Shown in pieces: positions 1-9,980 of a stretch of 64,000 bases of DNA (positions are counted from its first letter, which is position 1; each line of letters begins with the position of its first letter). The notes under the pieces were generated by a model, which was given only the letters and a program-made list of their open reading frames with translations, did not search any database and was not told the origin of the DNA. This DNA is from Alphaproteobacteria bacterium (GTDB taxonomy: Bacteria; Pseudomonadota; Alphaproteobacteria; UBA828). The stretch is taken from the NCBI GenBank assembly GCA_963422645.2, contig CAXXVO010000007.1, forward strand, positions 480,001 to 544,000, read 5' to 3'. Position numbers and translations under genes: made by a program.

Positions 1-458
1 CGCCACGGCCGCTTGGACCACGTGTAGTCGAGCAGGCGGATCTCGCCGCCGGGCCTCACGATCCGCCCGAGCTCTTCGAGCGCCGCCTGCTGCCGATCCG
101 GCTTCAGAACACAGAAGACGAAGCTCGCGACCACGGCGTCGAAGCTTGAGTCGGCGAAGCCGGTCCGCAGCACGTCCATCGCCGCAAGCGGCACGTCCCT
201 GCCGAGCGCATCGCGCCGTGCGCGGGCCTGCGCCAGCATCGCCTGCGAGAGATCGATGCCGACCACCTGAGCCCCGGTGGGATAGTAGGGGACATTGCGG
301 CCGGTCCCGACGCCGGCGTCCAGAATCCGCCCCGTGAGCCCGGCGAAGAGCGCACCCCGGATCGGCGCGTAGCGCTTGCGCTCGAACGACCCGTCGAGAA
401 AGTCGTAGAAAGGCGCGATGCGCCGATAGACCCCGCGCGCGTCGCCGGCAGTGTTCAC
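1..458 (-). CDS. Class I SAM-dependent methyltransferase (3' end runs off the window)
   Basis: Manual translation from GTG at 458: MNTAGDARGVYRRIAPFYDFLD...RILDAGVGTGRN...VVGIDLSQAML; SAM-binding motif I and acidic motif II. Absent from the ORF track because the stop is outside the window. Confidence 0.85.
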   Translation of the reverse strand, partial: MNTAGDARGVYRRIAPFYDFLDGSFERKRYAPIRGALFAGLTGRILDAGVGTGRNVPYYPTGAQVVGIDLSQAMLAQARARRDALGRDVPLAAMDVLRTGFADSSFDAVVASFVFCVLKPDRQQAALEELGRIVRPGGEIRLLDYTWSKRPW

Positions 459-482
459 GGCGAGTGCCGGCGCGGCACAGCG

Positions 483-1364
483 CTACTCCCGTGCGCGCAC
501 CGTCGCCGCGTAGTCCGCCATCAAGGTCCGGGTAACGGGACCGACCTGAAAATTATGGTCGTCGATGGCGCCGACCGGCGTGACCTCGGCGGCGGTGCCG
601 GTGAGGAAGATCTCGTCGCTCTTCGCAATCTCCTCGGGCATGACGGCGCGCTCCACCACTTCGTAGCCGCGCTTTCCCGCAAGCTCGATGACCGTGCGCC
701 GGGTGATTCCATCGAGGAAGCAATCCGGCGTCGGCGTGTGGATGACTCCGTCCTGGACGAGGAAAATGTTGGCGCCCGTGGCTTCGGAAACCTGCCCGCG
801 CCAGTCGAGCATGAGCGCGTCGTGGCAGCCTTCCCTCTCTGCTTCGTGCTTGCTGAGAGTGCAGATCATATAGAGACCGGCGCACTTCGCCGTCACCGGC
901 GCTGTGTCCGGCGCGGGCCGGCGCCAGCGCGCTGTCTTAAGCTTGATGCCTCGCGTGACCGCATCCTCGCCGAAATAGGCCGGCCACGCCCAGGCGGCGA
1001 TGGCCACGTGAATCGTGTTGTGCTGCGCCGAGACGCCCATCATCTCGGCCCCTCGCCAGGCCACCGGCCGCACGTAGCCGTCGCCGAGGCCGTGCGCCGC
1101 GACGACCTCATTCGAAGCTTCGACCAGAACCTCCAGGCTGTAGGGTATCTCGAAGCCCAGGTCGTGGGCGGAATTGAGGAGACGCTGAGTGTGCTCCTCC
1201 ACCTTGAAGATGCGCCCGTCGTAGACCCGCTCGCCTTCGAACACGCAGCTCGCATAGTGCAGGCCGTGGCTCAGCACGTGCAGCTTCGCGTCGCGCCACG
1301 GCACGAGCGCGCCGTTGTACCAGATGACTCCGTCGCGATCGTCGTAGGGGATGAGGTCGGCCAT
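483..1364 (-). CDS. ilvE: Branched-chain amino acid aminotransferase (PLP fold IV)
   Basis: HGLHYASCVFEG, YVRP, AKCAGLY, EATGANIF, LDGITR and GTAAEVTP motifs; start trimmed to MADLIPYDDRDG. Confidence 0.93.
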   Translation of the reverse strand: MADLIPYDDRDGVIWYNGALVPWRDAKLHVLSHGLHYASCVFEGERVYDGRIFKVEEHTQRLLNSAHDLGFEIPYSLEVLVEASNEVVAAHGLGDGYVRPVAWRGAEMMGVSAQHNTIHVAIAAWAWPAYFGEDAVTRGIKLKTARWRRPAPDTAPVTAKCAGLYMICTLSKHEAEREGCHDALMLDWRGQVSEATGANIFLVQDGVIHTPTPDCFLDGITRRTVIELAGKRGYEVVERAVMPEEIAKSDEIFLTGTAAEVTPVGAIDDHNFQVGPVTRTLMADYAATVRARE

Positions 1365-1428
1365 GGTGCTCACGGATGGTCGGCGGGTGGGAAGAAAGCT
1401 GTTGCGCTCCCTATCATCGGCCTGCATA

Positions 1429-1449
1429 TAAGTCAACGTGACTGACGTA
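1429..1449. promoter_or_regulatory. Imperfect palindrome over the MarR start; putative operator and -35 for the divergent ilvE
   Basis: TAAGTCAAC-GTG-ACTGACGTA; reads TTGACT on the minus strand. Function is inferred. Confidence 0.4.
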
Positions 1450-1920
1450 AAGGCCGGGCCGAATCCCCTTTATCTGCGTGAAGACCAGCTTCACGAGGCG
1501 ATGGAGCTGCTCTTCTTCGCCTACCGGGATTTCACGACCGAATGCGATACGATCCTCGAGTCGTACGGTTTTGGGCGCGCGCATCACCGGGTCGTTTATT
1601 TCGTTGGCCGCAATCCGGACATCTCCGTCACGGCATTGCTGGAAATTCTGAGAATCACCAAGCAGAGCCTGTCGCGGGTGCTTGGCCCGCTGGTGAGAGA
1701 GGGATTCGTGACGACCAGACAAGACCCTGCCGACGGGCGCCGCCGGTTGCTCGCCCTCACGGCGAAAGGCCGAAGTTTGGAGAGCCGCCTGTCCGCGACC
1801 CAGCGCGCCCGCATCGCCAAGGCTTACCGCAGCGCAGGCGGCGTCGCCGTGGAAGGATATCGGGAGGTGTTGATGGGAATCATCGACGAGGCTGATCGGC
1901 GCCGCTTCGACCGGCCCTGA
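1438..1920 (+). CDS. MarR-family transcriptional regulator (PetP-like)
   Basis: ELLFFAYRDFT...GRAHHR...ITKQSLSRVL...DGRRRLLALT winged helix; sits between ilvE and ompR/envZ-like genes. Confidence 0.9.
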   Translation: MTDVKAGPNPLYLREDQLHEAMELLFFAYRDFTTECDTILESYGFGRAHHRVVYFVGRNPDISVTALLEILRITKQSLSRVLGPLVREGFVTTRQDPADGRRRLLALTAKGRSLESRLSATQRARIAKAYRSAGGVAVEGYREVLMGIIDEADRRRFDRP

Positions 1921-1965
1921 GGCTGGCGGGTCGAATTGGCCTGTCCGGCGAGGGACGATGCGTCG

Positions 1966-2700
1966 ATGAAGGGCGAGAGCGCGGCAACCGTCACCCCCCA
2001 CCGGGAGGCACCGCCGGCCGAGGCGGAGCACATCCTGATGGTGGACGACGACGACCGCCTGCGCACATTGCTCGGCCGCTATCTTCGGGATAACGGCTAC
2101 CTCGTCTCCACCGCGAGCACCGCCGCCGAGGCGCGGGCCAAGCTCGACGGCATGACCTTCGACCTGATCGTGCTCGACGTGATGATGCCGGGCGAATCGG
2201 GCGTCGAGTTCACGCGCGGGCTGCGTCGCTCCGACACGGTTCCGGTCTTGCTGCTCACGGCCATGGCCGAGCCGGAAGACCGCATCACCGGGCTGGAGAG
2301 CGGTGCGGACGACTACTTGACCAAGCCCTTCGAGCCGCGCGAGCTGCTGCTGCGCGTTGCCACCATCCTGCGGCGCACGGCCGCGACGCCCCCCGCGACG
2401 CCCGAGACCTGCATCGTAATGGGGGAGGCTCGGTATTTTCCGGCGCGGGATCAGCTCCTGCGGGGCGACGATCCGGTGCGGCTGACCACGGCCGAGGCCG
2501 ACCTCCTCCGCGTCTTCGCCGCCAATCCGGGAGAGACGATGAGCCGGCACGTGCTGGGCGAGCGCCTCGGCGGCGGCGCCTCGCGCCGCGCGATCGACGT
2601 TCAAATCGCCCGGCTGAGGCGCAAGATCGAGCCGGAACCCCAAAATCCTCGTTACCTGCAGACCGTCTGGGGCCGGGGCTATGTGCTGCGAGCCGACTGA
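1966..2700 (+). CDS. OmpR-family response regulator
   Basis: Receiver (VDDD, LDVMMPG, GADDYLTKPF) plus winged helix (IDVQIARLRRKIE, LQTVWGRGY); start may be 1936. Confidence 0.92.
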   Translation: MKGESAATVTPHREAPPAEAEHILMVDDDDRLRTLLGRYLRDNGYLVSTASTAAEARAKLDGMTFDLIVLDVMMPGESGVEFTRGLRRSDTVPVLLLTAMAEPEDRITGLESGADDYLTKPFEPRELLLRVATILRRTAATPPATPETCIVMGEARYFPARDQLLRGDDPVRLTTAEADLLRVFAANPGETMSRHVLGERLGGGASRRAIDVQIARLRRKIEPEPQNPRYLQTVWGRGYVLRAD

Positions 2701-2730
2701 GCTGCGGCGTCCGCCAGGGAAGCGTGCGCC

Positions 2731-4059
2731 GTGAACCCGCTGCGGAGATTCCTGCCGCGCGGCCTCTTCTGGCGGGCCTTCCTGATCATGTTCATTCCAC
2801 TGATCCTGGTTCAAGCGACGGTGGTCTACATCTTCTTCGAACGTCACTGGGACACGGTGAGCCACCAGCTGGCGCTGGATGTCAGTGGCGATGTCCTCTC
2901 CATCATGCGTATGGCCGATGGCGTGACGGATCCCGCAGAGCGCGCCCGGATCGACGAGATCGCCCGGCGGGAAATGCAGTTCGGTGTCGTCTTCGAGGAT
3001 GGCGCAGTACTGCCTGACGAAGCTCCGCCGCAGAGCAGTGGCATCTCTTACGAAATGCTGCACCGGCAGCTCGACCGCCGCATCGGAGCCTCCTACCATC
3101 TCGATAGCAACTTGCCCAACAAGGGGATGACAATTCGGGTCCAGCGCCCCGATGGTGTGTTGACCCTGATCACGACGACCAGGCGCACGCGGGAATCGAC
3201 TACAGTCCTGCCCTTCCTGTGGATGGCAGGGATGGCGCTATTGGTTACGACGATCGCCGTCATGTTTCTGCGTAACCAGGTTCGTCCGATCAGGCGGCTG
3301 GCAGCCGCTGCCGACGCGCTGGGCAAGGGCCGGCCAGTGACCGACCTCAAACCCGCGGGCGCGTCCGAGGTTCGTCTCGCGGGCGCCGCCTTCCTGGAGA
3401 TGCAGGGGCGGATTCAGCGCCAGATCACGCAGCGCACCGAGATGCTGGCCGGGGTCTCTCACGATCTTCGCACTCCGCTCACCCGGGTGAGGCTGCAGCT
3501 CGCCATGTTGGCCGATTCGCACCCGGACTCGCGGGCCGAGATTGGTGAATCCGAGCAGGACCTGCTGCTCATGGAACACATGATCGACGAATACATGGCC
3601 TTCGCCCGGGGTCAGGGCGCGGAGGCGCCGGTCAGCACCGACCTCGCCGAGATCATCGACGATGTCACCGCCGATGCCCGCAGCAAGGGCAGCCCGATCA
3701 CTCTTGAGCTCGAGCGACCCCTGGTCATGGCGCTCCGGCCGAACGCCATCCGCCGCTGCCTCACCAATCTGGTCGAGAACGCCGTGCATCATGGCAGACA
3801 GGTCGCGATCAGCGCCGTGCGCCGGGATGACGTCGTCTCGATCGCGGTCGAGGACGACGGGCCGGGCATTCCCGAGGACCAGCGGGAAGAGGTGTTCAAG
3901 CCCTTCTTCCGGCTCGATGACGCGCGCAACCCGCGCACCGGCGGCGCCGGCCTCGGCCTCGCGATCGCGCGCGACGTCGCCCGCGGGCATGGCGGCGAAA
4001 TCCGCATGAGCGGAGCCTCGCTCGGCGGCCTGCGCGCCGAGCTCCGACTACCGGTCTAG
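2731..4059 (+). CDS. EnvZ-like sensor histidine kinase
   Basis: Two TM segments, HAMP, H-box SHDLRTPLTR, N-box NLVENA, DDGPGI and GLGLAI. Confidence 0.92.
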   Translation: MNPLRRFLPRGLFWRAFLIMFIPLILVQATVVYIFFERHWDTVSHQLALDVSGDVLSIMRMADGVTDPAERARIDEIARREMQFGVVFEDGAVLPDEAPPQSSGISYEMLHRQLDRRIGASYHLDSNLPNKGMTIRVQRPDGVLTLITTTRRTRESTTVLPFLWMAGMALLVTTIAVMFLRNQVRPIRRLAAAADALGKGRPVTDLKPAGASEVRLAGAAFLEMQGRIQRQITQRTEMLAGVSHDLRTPLTRVRLQLAMLADSHPDSRAEIGESEQDLLLMEHMIDEYMAFARGQGAEAPVSTDLAEIIDDVTADARSKGSPITLELERPLVMALRPNAIRRCLTNLVENAVHHGRQVAISAVRRDDVVSIAVEDDGPGIPEDQREEVFKPFFRLDDARNPRTGGAGLGLAIARDVARGHGGEIRMSGASLGGLRAELRLPV

Positions 4060-4068
4060 GTTAGGAAC

Positions 4069-4713
4069 CTAACCGGCTTCTGCAGGCTGGGTGTCGCGCC
4101 ACTCGCGTCTTGGCGCGAGACGGCAGAGCGCGCGCGTCATTCGGTCGAGGCGCTTGAGCCTGCGGTCGAGCACGGCCATGGTGCGCGCCATGTCTTCGCT
4201 GTTGTCCCGGAGCCAGACCGGGAGCATGGAGAGATAAAGCGCACAGAGCGCCTTGACTCGGAGCCTGCCCTGCAGGCCCGCGCTGCTCAAATCGGCGGCT
4301 TCGAGCATCCAGCGCATCGAACGCCGCAGCGTCAGCGGGCCGCACAGGATCGCTTCGGGGTTCGACGGGCAGCTTCGCAGGATCGCGCCTACCCCATCCT
4401 TGTTGGCATTGAGAAGATCGAAGCGCTTCATGAGCACATCGAACAGACGCTCTGTGGCCGGTCGCCCCGCCATCTCGGGGTCCCGCGCGGCCAGAACCTC
4501 GCGGTCGATCGCCGCCGCATAGGCCGCGACGATAGCGTGTTTGGCCGCGAACTCTGCTCGCATCTCAGCCAGGGAGACCCCGGCCGCCTCGGCGATGTCG
4601 CCGAGCCCAACCCGCGCCCAGCCTCGGCTCGCGGCCAAAGCCAGAGCACTCTCGATGATGGTCTGGGACGCGTCCTTGCGCTTGCCGGCCCCCGCTGCAG
4701 CTTTCCTCGGCAT
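4069..4713 (-). CDS. TetR/AcrR-family regulator
   Basis: N-terminal HTH (IIESALALAASRGW..VGLGDIAEAAGVS); ERLFDVLMKRFD. Confidence 0.8.
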   Translation of the reverse strand: MPRKAAAGAGKRKDASQTIIESALALAASRGWARVGLGDIAEAAGVSLAEMRAEFAAKHAIVAAYAAAIDREVLAARDPEMAGRPATERLFDVLMKRFDLLNANKDGVGAILRSCPSNPEAILCGPLTLRRSMRWMLEAADLSSAGLQGRLRVKALCALYLSMLPVWLRDNSEDMARTMAVLDRRLKRLDRMTRALCRLAPRREWRDTQPAEAG

Positions 4714-4796
4714 GGTCCTGCGCCTCGTCGCCGTCTCCAGTGCCTGAAGTGTAGGCCGCCCGAAATCCGGGGGTCAACGCGCTCTCTGTGGGCCAC

Positions 4797-5618
4797 CTAC
4801 GACGGGGCGAGGGCGCGCCCTCGCTCGGTGGCGGCGCGAACCGCGCGGGTCATGAGGGGGCTGAGCCCCTCCGCCGCCATCAGGACCGAGAGCGCGGCCT
4901 CGGTGGTGCCGCCGGGACTGGTCACGTTGCGGCGAAGCTGGGCGGCGTCGTCCTGTGCCTGAGCAAGCAGGGCACCGGCGCCGCTCACCGTGCGCTCGGC
5001 CAACAAGCGCGCGAGATCCGCGGACAGTCCGGCTTCGACCGCGGCCTCGGCCAGGCATTCCGCGAGCAGGAAGACGTAGGCCGGGCCGCTGCCGGAGACC
5101 GCTGTCACCGCATCCATGTGGTACTCGTCGTCGATCCAGGCGACGGCGCCCACGGCCTCCAGCAATCCCTCGCAGAGCGCCCGCTGATCGCGGTTTGCGG
5201 CTGAATTGGCCCAGGCGACGGTCATGCCCTCGCCAATGGCGGCCGGCGTATTGGGCATGGCACGAACGATGGCAACCTCGCCGAGATCCCGCGCCAGCAG
5301 GGAGGAGGGCCAGCCGGCGGCGATGGAAAGATGCACACAGTCCGCGCCGCCGAAGCCCGCGTACTGGGGCACGACCTCCGCCATGACTTGCGGCTTGACC
5401 GCAAAGACGATCGCCGCGGGCTCGAGCGTGGCGGGCAAGGCGGCGTGCTCGGCCACGCGTTCCGCCCCGAGCGGAGCGAGGCGCGCGGCCACGCCGTCGT
5501 CGGGCTCGACGATGCGGAGTTGGGCTGCATCCAGCGGCCCGCGCAGCCACCCGGCCGCGAGCGCGCCGCCCATCCTGCCGCCGCCGACCAGGACGATAGG
5601 GCCGGAAGACATTGCCAT
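4797..5618 (-). CDS. proC: Pyrroline-5-carboxylate reductase
   Basis: GGGRMGGA, FAVKPQ, SIAAG, RAMPNTPA, AVSGSGPAY, VTSPGGTT. Confidence 0.95.
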   Translation of the reverse strand: MAMSSGPIVLVGGGRMGGALAAGWLRGPLDAAQLRIVEPDDGVAARLAPLGAERVAEHAALPATLEPAAIVFAVKPQVMAEVVPQYAGFGGADCVHLSIAAGWPSSLLARDLGEVAIVRAMPNTPAAIGEGMTVAWANSAANRDQRALCEGLLEAVGAVAWIDDEYHMDAVTAVSGSGPAYVFLLAECLAEAAVEAGLSADLARLLAERTVSGAGALLAQAQDDAAQLRRNVTSPGGTTEAALSVLMAAEGLSPLMTRAVRAATERGRALAPS

Positions 5619-6121
5619 CAGGCGTTCCCTCGCGGTTCCATGAGCGCCGCCCCGAAGGCTTCCTCGGGCGCGAGGCCCGCCTGGACCACTTGCTGGAACG
5701 CCGGATAGAAGCGCTCGCACTCGGCGACGCCCACGGTCACAACCTCGACGATCTGGGAGTCCTCCACGCCCTGGGTGCCGCGCAGCAGGAGCGCGTGGCG
5801 CCACGTCGGCTGGCCTTCCTCGGCCCAGAGATCGAAGTGGCCGATCCACAGGCTTTCGTTGATCAGGTTGACCAGGGCGCCGACCGCCGGCCGGCAGCCA
5901 GCGGGGATGCCCATGTCGAATCCGCTGGCAAAGTGCAGGACGTCGAGATCCGAGCGGTAGGCGAACCAGAGCTGGTAATCGCACCAGCCTCCGGCGAGCG
6001 AGCCGGTGATGTCCTCGTCGCCCATGCGCTCGAACGAGAGCCGGCTCGCCATCATCACCCGCTCGACCGCGTCGAGCGCGTCGCACGAAAGGCGCTCCGG
6101 TTCCACAAGCGACACCGCCAT
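5618..6121 (-). CDS. YbjN-domain protein
   Basis: MAVSLVEPERL...GGWCDYQL...INESLWIGHFDLW...CERFYPAFQ..ALMEPRGNA; typical neighbour of proC in alphaproteobacteria. Confidence 0.8.
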   Translation of the reverse strand: MAVSLVEPERLSCDALDAVERVMMASRLSFERMGDEDITGSLAGGWCDYQLWFAYRSDLDVLHFASGFDMGIPAGCRPAVGALVNLINESLWIGHFDLWAEEGQPTWRHALLLRGTQGVEDSQIVEVVTVGVAECERFYPAFQQVVQAGLAPEEAFGAALMEPRGNA

Positions 6122-6267
6122 CTCATCGCCCCGTCGTAGTGCCGGCACAGGCGGCAGGCGCCGATGCCTACCACATGTGACGCTAACCACAATAAGGTGC
6201 GATGGCGAGAGAAAAAAACCCAAAATGTTGCGTTTTGCGTGTATCCGATGGCGTTGGCGCCCCAGCC

Positions 6268-6825
6268 CTAATTGGGAAGCTGCGGTGCCGCCCCCTCCGG
6301 CAGGGGGACGCGATGCTCGTTCAGCGTCATCGCGATCATCGCGTAGTAGCCATTCAGCGCCGTGAGCTCGACCACACCCGCCGGGGCCAGCAGCGCGAGC
6401 GCCTTGTCGTAGGTCTCGTCGCTCACGACACGGTTCATTTGCAGCTCGCAAGTGAAGTCGTAGACCGTCACCTCGTCCTCTGCCGAGAGCGGCGGCGGGC
6501 GCCGGTGCTTGATCGCCTCGATCACCGCCTCCGGCAGGCCGGCGCGCGCCGCTTCGGGCGCGTGCCAGTGCCATTCGTACTGGCACGACCAGTGGCGGGC
6601 GACCGCCAGGATCGCGAGCTCGCTGAGCCTGGGCTCCAGGCTGGTCTGGTAGCGCAACAGGGCGCCCAGCGCCTGCACACGGTCCGCAAGCTCGGCGTTG
6701 TGCAGGAATGCCATGAAGAGCTCGGGCACCGTGCCGCGCGGGCCGCTCGCGATCGCGTCGTAGACGCGGCGCTGGTCCGCCGACAGGCTCTCGACGCTGG
6801 GCCGCGGCAGGCGGGTTGCGGTCAT
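6268..6825 (-). CDS. Carboxymuconolactone decarboxylase/AhpD-family protein
   Basis: [22 protein letters not shown] motif. Confidence 0.8.
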   Translation of the reverse strand: MTATRLPRPSVESLSADQRRVYDAIASGPRGTVPELFMAFLHNAELADRVQALGALLRYQTSLEPRLSELAILAVARHWSCQYEWHWHAPEAARAGLPEAVIEAIKHRRPPPLSAEDEVTVYDFTCELQMNRVVSDETYDKALALLAPAGVVELTALNGYYAMIAMTLNEHRVPLPEGAAPQLPN

Positions 6826-7322
6826 GCCGCTCCCTGCCCCTCTTGGGCGGCTTCGCGCTCGGCAATCGGCGGCACGAATTGCAGGTCGGTGTCCCAGGGG
6901 AAGAAGATCCAGGTGTCCTGGCTGACCTCGGTGACGAAGGTGTGCGCCTCGCTCCGGCCCGCGGGCTTGGCATAGACGCAGGCGAAGTGGGCCTTGGGCA
7001 GCATCTCGCGCACGATGCGGGCCGTGGCCCCAGTATCGGCGAGATCGTCAACGATCAGGACCCCCTCGCCGTCGCCTTCGACCGGCTTCAGGACATGCGC
7101 CGAGCGCTGGTCCTGGTGGTCGTAGGAGGAGATGCAGACGGTGTCGATCAAGCGGATGTCCAACTCGCGGGCGACGATCGTCGCCGGCACCAGCCCGCCC
7201 CGGGTGACCGCGACGATACTCTGCCAAGGGCCGAGCTCCGCCAGCCGCCAGGCGAGCGCGCGGGCGTCTCGATGAAGTTGATCCCACGATACGGGGAAGC
7301 CTTTTGCATATCCTTCCGTCAT
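6822..7322 (-). CDS. gpt: Xanthine phosphoribosyltransferase
   Basis: [25 protein letters not shown] motif [19 protein letters not shown]. Confidence 0.92.
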   Translation of the reverse strand: MTEGYAKGFPVSWDQLHRDARALAWRLAELGPWQSIVAVTRGGLVPATIVARELDIRLIDTVCISSYDHQDQRSAHVLKPVEGDGEGVLIVDDLADTGATARIVREMLPKAHFACVYAKPAGRSEAHTFVTEVSQDTWIFFPWDTDLQFVPPIAEREAAQEGQGAA

Positions 7323-7417
7323 CTCCTGCACCGTCCTGAGCCGTTTTCCTGCCGGCGCCATGCAAGCGGACATCGCGCGGTTGGGCAAGGGGTCGCGCCG
7401 GAGGGCGCGCAGAAACA

Positions 7418-7493
7418 TGAGTGGAGCCGGAAGGCGCCGTATCATGAGCAGAGCCGGAAGGCGCGCGAACTTCTGAGTGGAGCCAGAAAGCGC
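7418..7493. repeat. Three imperfect 20-bp direct repeats in the gpt/coxD divergent intergenic region
   Basis: TGAGTGGAGCCGGAAGGCGC (7418), TGAGCAGAGCCGGAAGGCGC (7445), TGAGTGGAGCCAGAAAGCGC (7474). Confidence 0.8.
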
Positions 7494-7535
7494 GCCGCCT
7501 TTCGATCCCTGCCCGATCCGGGTAAGAAACGACGC

Positions 7536-8444
7536 ATGGTCGACCACGTACGCGCGCTGCCGGGCAGCGAAATCGAGACGCGGGCGCTCCTCGAGGAGAG
7601 ACGCTATGTCGCGGACGACGCGCTGGTCAAGACCCTCTACCTGAGCTTCGCCCTCGGTCGCCCGCTGCTCTTGGAGGGCGAGGCCGGCTGCGGCAAGACC
7701 CAGCTCGCCGCGACCTTGGCCGAAACGCTCGGCCGCCGCCTGCTGCGCCTGCAGTGCCACGAGGGCCTCGACTCGGCCGCCGCCGTCTACGAGTGGAACT
7801 ACGCCGCCCAGATGCTCGCGATTCGGCTGGCCGAGCGCGGCGGGACCGAGCGCGATGCCTTGGCGGAGGACATCTTCGGCGAGCGCTTCCTGGTCAAGCG
7901 CCCGCTGCTCACGGCGCTCGAGCCCGATCCCCTTGGGCCCCCGGTCCTGCTGATCGACGAGCTCGACCGCGCCGATGCCCCCTTCGAGGCCTACCTGCTG
8001 GAGGTGCTCTCCGAGTTTCAGGTGAGCGTGCCCGAGATGGGCAGGGTGACCGCCGCCGAGCGACCTATCGTCGTCATCACATCGAACCGCACGCGCGAGG
8101 TGCACGACGCCCTCAAGCGGCGCTGCCTCTACCACTGGGTCGACTATCCCGATGCCGCGCACGAGAAGGCGATCCTGCGCGCACGCCTGCCGGGGATCGA
8201 GCAACGGTTGAGCGACAACATCGCCGCCTTCATCGAGCGCATGCAGAAAGCCGATCTCTCCACGGTGCCCGCGCTCGGCGAGGTGATCGCGTGGTCGAGC
8301 GCCGTGGTCCAGCTCGATCGGATCGAGCTCGACCCCGAGACCATCCGGGCCAATCTCGAGCGCCTGCTGGCCTACCAACGGGGCCTCGCTGAGGCCAGCG
8401 GCCGTGCCCCGGCGGGGCCCCACCAGCCAGGGCAAGGGCCGTGA
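7536..8444 (+). CDS. MoxR/CoxD-family AAA+ ATPase
   Basis: Walker [18 protein letters not shown], Walker [27 protein letters not shown]. Confidence 0.9.
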   Translation: MVDHVRALPGSEIETRALLEERRYVADDALVKTLYLSFALGRPLLLEGEAGCGKTQLAATLAETLGRRLLRLQCHEGLDSAAAVYEWNYAAQMLAIRLAERGGTERDALAEDIFGERFLVKRPLLTALEPDPLGPPVLLIDELDRADAPFEAYLLEVLSEFQVSVPEMGRVTAAERPIVVITSNRTREVHDALKRRCLYHWVDYPDAAHEKAILRARLPGIEQRLSDNIAAFIERMQKADLSTVPALGEVIAWSSAVVQLDRIELDPETIRANLERLLAYQRGLAEASGRAPAGPHQPGQGP

Positions 8445-9655
8445 CGGTCTGGCAACAGACGGTCGAGCACGAGGCGGGCGGCACGCTCGCCTACAACGTC
8501 ATGCACTTCGTGCGCGGCCTGCGCGGCGCCGGCCTGCCGGCGGGGCCCGGCAAGACCATCGAGGCGGTGCGCGCCGTCGAAGCGGTCGATCCCATCCGCC
8601 GCAGCGATCTCTACTGGGCGCTCCACGCGGTCCTTGTCGAGCGACGCGATCAGCACGACCTCTTCGACCAGGCGTTTCGGCTCTTCTGGCGTGAAATCCG
8701 GATGGAGAGCGCGGTCCAGGGACCGGTCATGGGGTCCGACAAACTGCCCCAGCCGGAGGCGCCGCCGGCGAGCCGCCGGGCGAGCGAGGCCATCACCCCG
8801 CGCCTGCCGGAGGAAGAGGAAAACCAGGAAAACGTCGAGATCGAGCTCGACGCGGTGCTCACCTTCTCGCCCCAGGAGGTGCTGCAGGAGATGGACTTCG
8901 AGGACATGTCGGCGGACGAGCTGGCCGAGGCGAAGCGGGCGATCGCGGCGCTGCGGTTGCCGATCAAGCCGGTGCCGACGCGGCGCTTCCGGCCCGACCC
9001 GCTGGGCCGGCGCATCGACATGCGGGCCACGCTCCGCGCGAGCCTGCGCTCCAGCGGCGACATGATGCCGCTCAAGCGCCGCTCCCGCGCCGAGCGGCTG
9101 CCGGCACTGGTGGTGCTGTGCGACGTGTCGGGCTCCATGAGCCGTTATTCGCGCATGTTCCTGCACTTCGTCCACGCCGTGACCAACGACCGCGACCGGG
9201 TGCACAGCTTCCTCTTCGGCACCCGGCTCACCAACATCACGCGCCATCTCCGGCACCGCGACGTGGACGTCGCCGTCGGCCGCTCGAGCGGCGCCGTGCG
9301 CGACTGGTCCGGCGGCACGCGCATCGGCCCCTGCCTCAAGGAGTTCAACCATTTCTGGTCCAGGCGCGTGCTCGCCCAGGGCGCGCTGGTGCTGCTGATC
9401 ACCGACGGGCTCGACCGCGACGATCTCGGCATCCTGCAGGCCGAGGTGGAGCGGCTGCACAAGTCCTGCCGCCGCCTGATCTGGCTCAACCCGCTGCTCC
9501 GCTACGAGGGCTTCAAGCCCGAGGCCGGCGGGGTGCGCACGATCCTGCCGCACATCGACGAGTTCCGGCCGGTCCACAACATAGCCAGCCTGACGGACAT
9601 CGCCGCCGCACTGAGCGAGCCGATGGCCGCCGACCCGAGTGCCGCCTGGGCCTGA
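8441..9655 (+). CDS. CoxE-like VWA domain protein
   Basis: [34 protein letters not shown]; GTGA overlap with the ATPase gene. Confidence 0.9.
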   Translation: MTVWQQTVEHEAGGTLAYNVMHFVRGLRGAGLPAGPGKTIEAVRAVEAVDPIRRSDLYWALHAVLVERRDQHDLFDQAFRLFWREIRMESAVQGPVMGSDKLPQPEAPPASRRASEAITPRLPEEEENQENVEIELDAVLTFSPQEVLQEMDFEDMSADELAEAKRAIAALRLPIKPVPTRRFRPDPLGRRIDMRATLRASLRSSGDMMPLKRRSRAERLPALVVLCDVSGSMSRYSRMFLHFVHAVTNDRDRVHSFLFGTRLTNITRHLRHRDVDVAVGRSSGAVRDWSGGTRIGPCLKEFNHFWSRRVLAQGALVLLITDGLDRDDLGILQAEVERLHKSCRRLIWLNPLLRYEGFKPEAGGVRTILPHIDEFRPVHNIASLTDIAAALSEPMAADPSAAWA

Positions 9656-9755
9656 GCCGGACCGCGGGCCGCCGCGACGGCAGCCCGCGGCACGTCCAAC
9701 ACGACTTTCGTCCATGGGCGCGAGCATACGATGCGGGCGCAGCACAAATTTTGAG

Positions 9756-9821
9756 GTGGGATTCGCGGGATAAGTGGGATTTAAGTGGGATAAGTGGGAT
9801 AAGTGGGATTTTGCGGGATAC
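9756..9821. repeat. Seven tandem GYGGGAT units with 9-11 bp period
   Basis: GTGGGATTC GCGGGATAA GTGGGATTTAA GTGGGATAA GTGGGATAA GTGGGATTTT GCGGGATAC. Confidence 0.9.
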
Positions 9822-9980
9822 AGTCCTGCAAGCCTGCAGAGAGAGCACCCTCATCCCGTCCACCGCCATCCATCCGTTCACGCCTGCGCTTCATGACACG
9901 ATGCTGACGCGCCCGGCGCGCGCCGTGCAGCGCACCATAGTCCAGGCTAAGATCGGCGCCGGAACAAGGGACGGGGAGCC

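Noticed and set aside
5618-8444. Long overlapping ORFs (477, 542 and 537 aa), and similarly 17528-19648, 28838-31174 and 42537-44438
   Set aside because: Stop-poor GC-rich frames extend real genes upstream through neighbouring genes; the extensions carry no motifs.
7536-9655. CO dehydrogenase locus
   Set aside because: Only coxD/coxE-like maturation genes are present; no coxMSL in the window.
9756-9821. CRISPR array (also considered for 7418-7493)
   Set aside because: Units and linkers are too short, there are no unique 25-45 bp spacers, and no cas genes are in the window.
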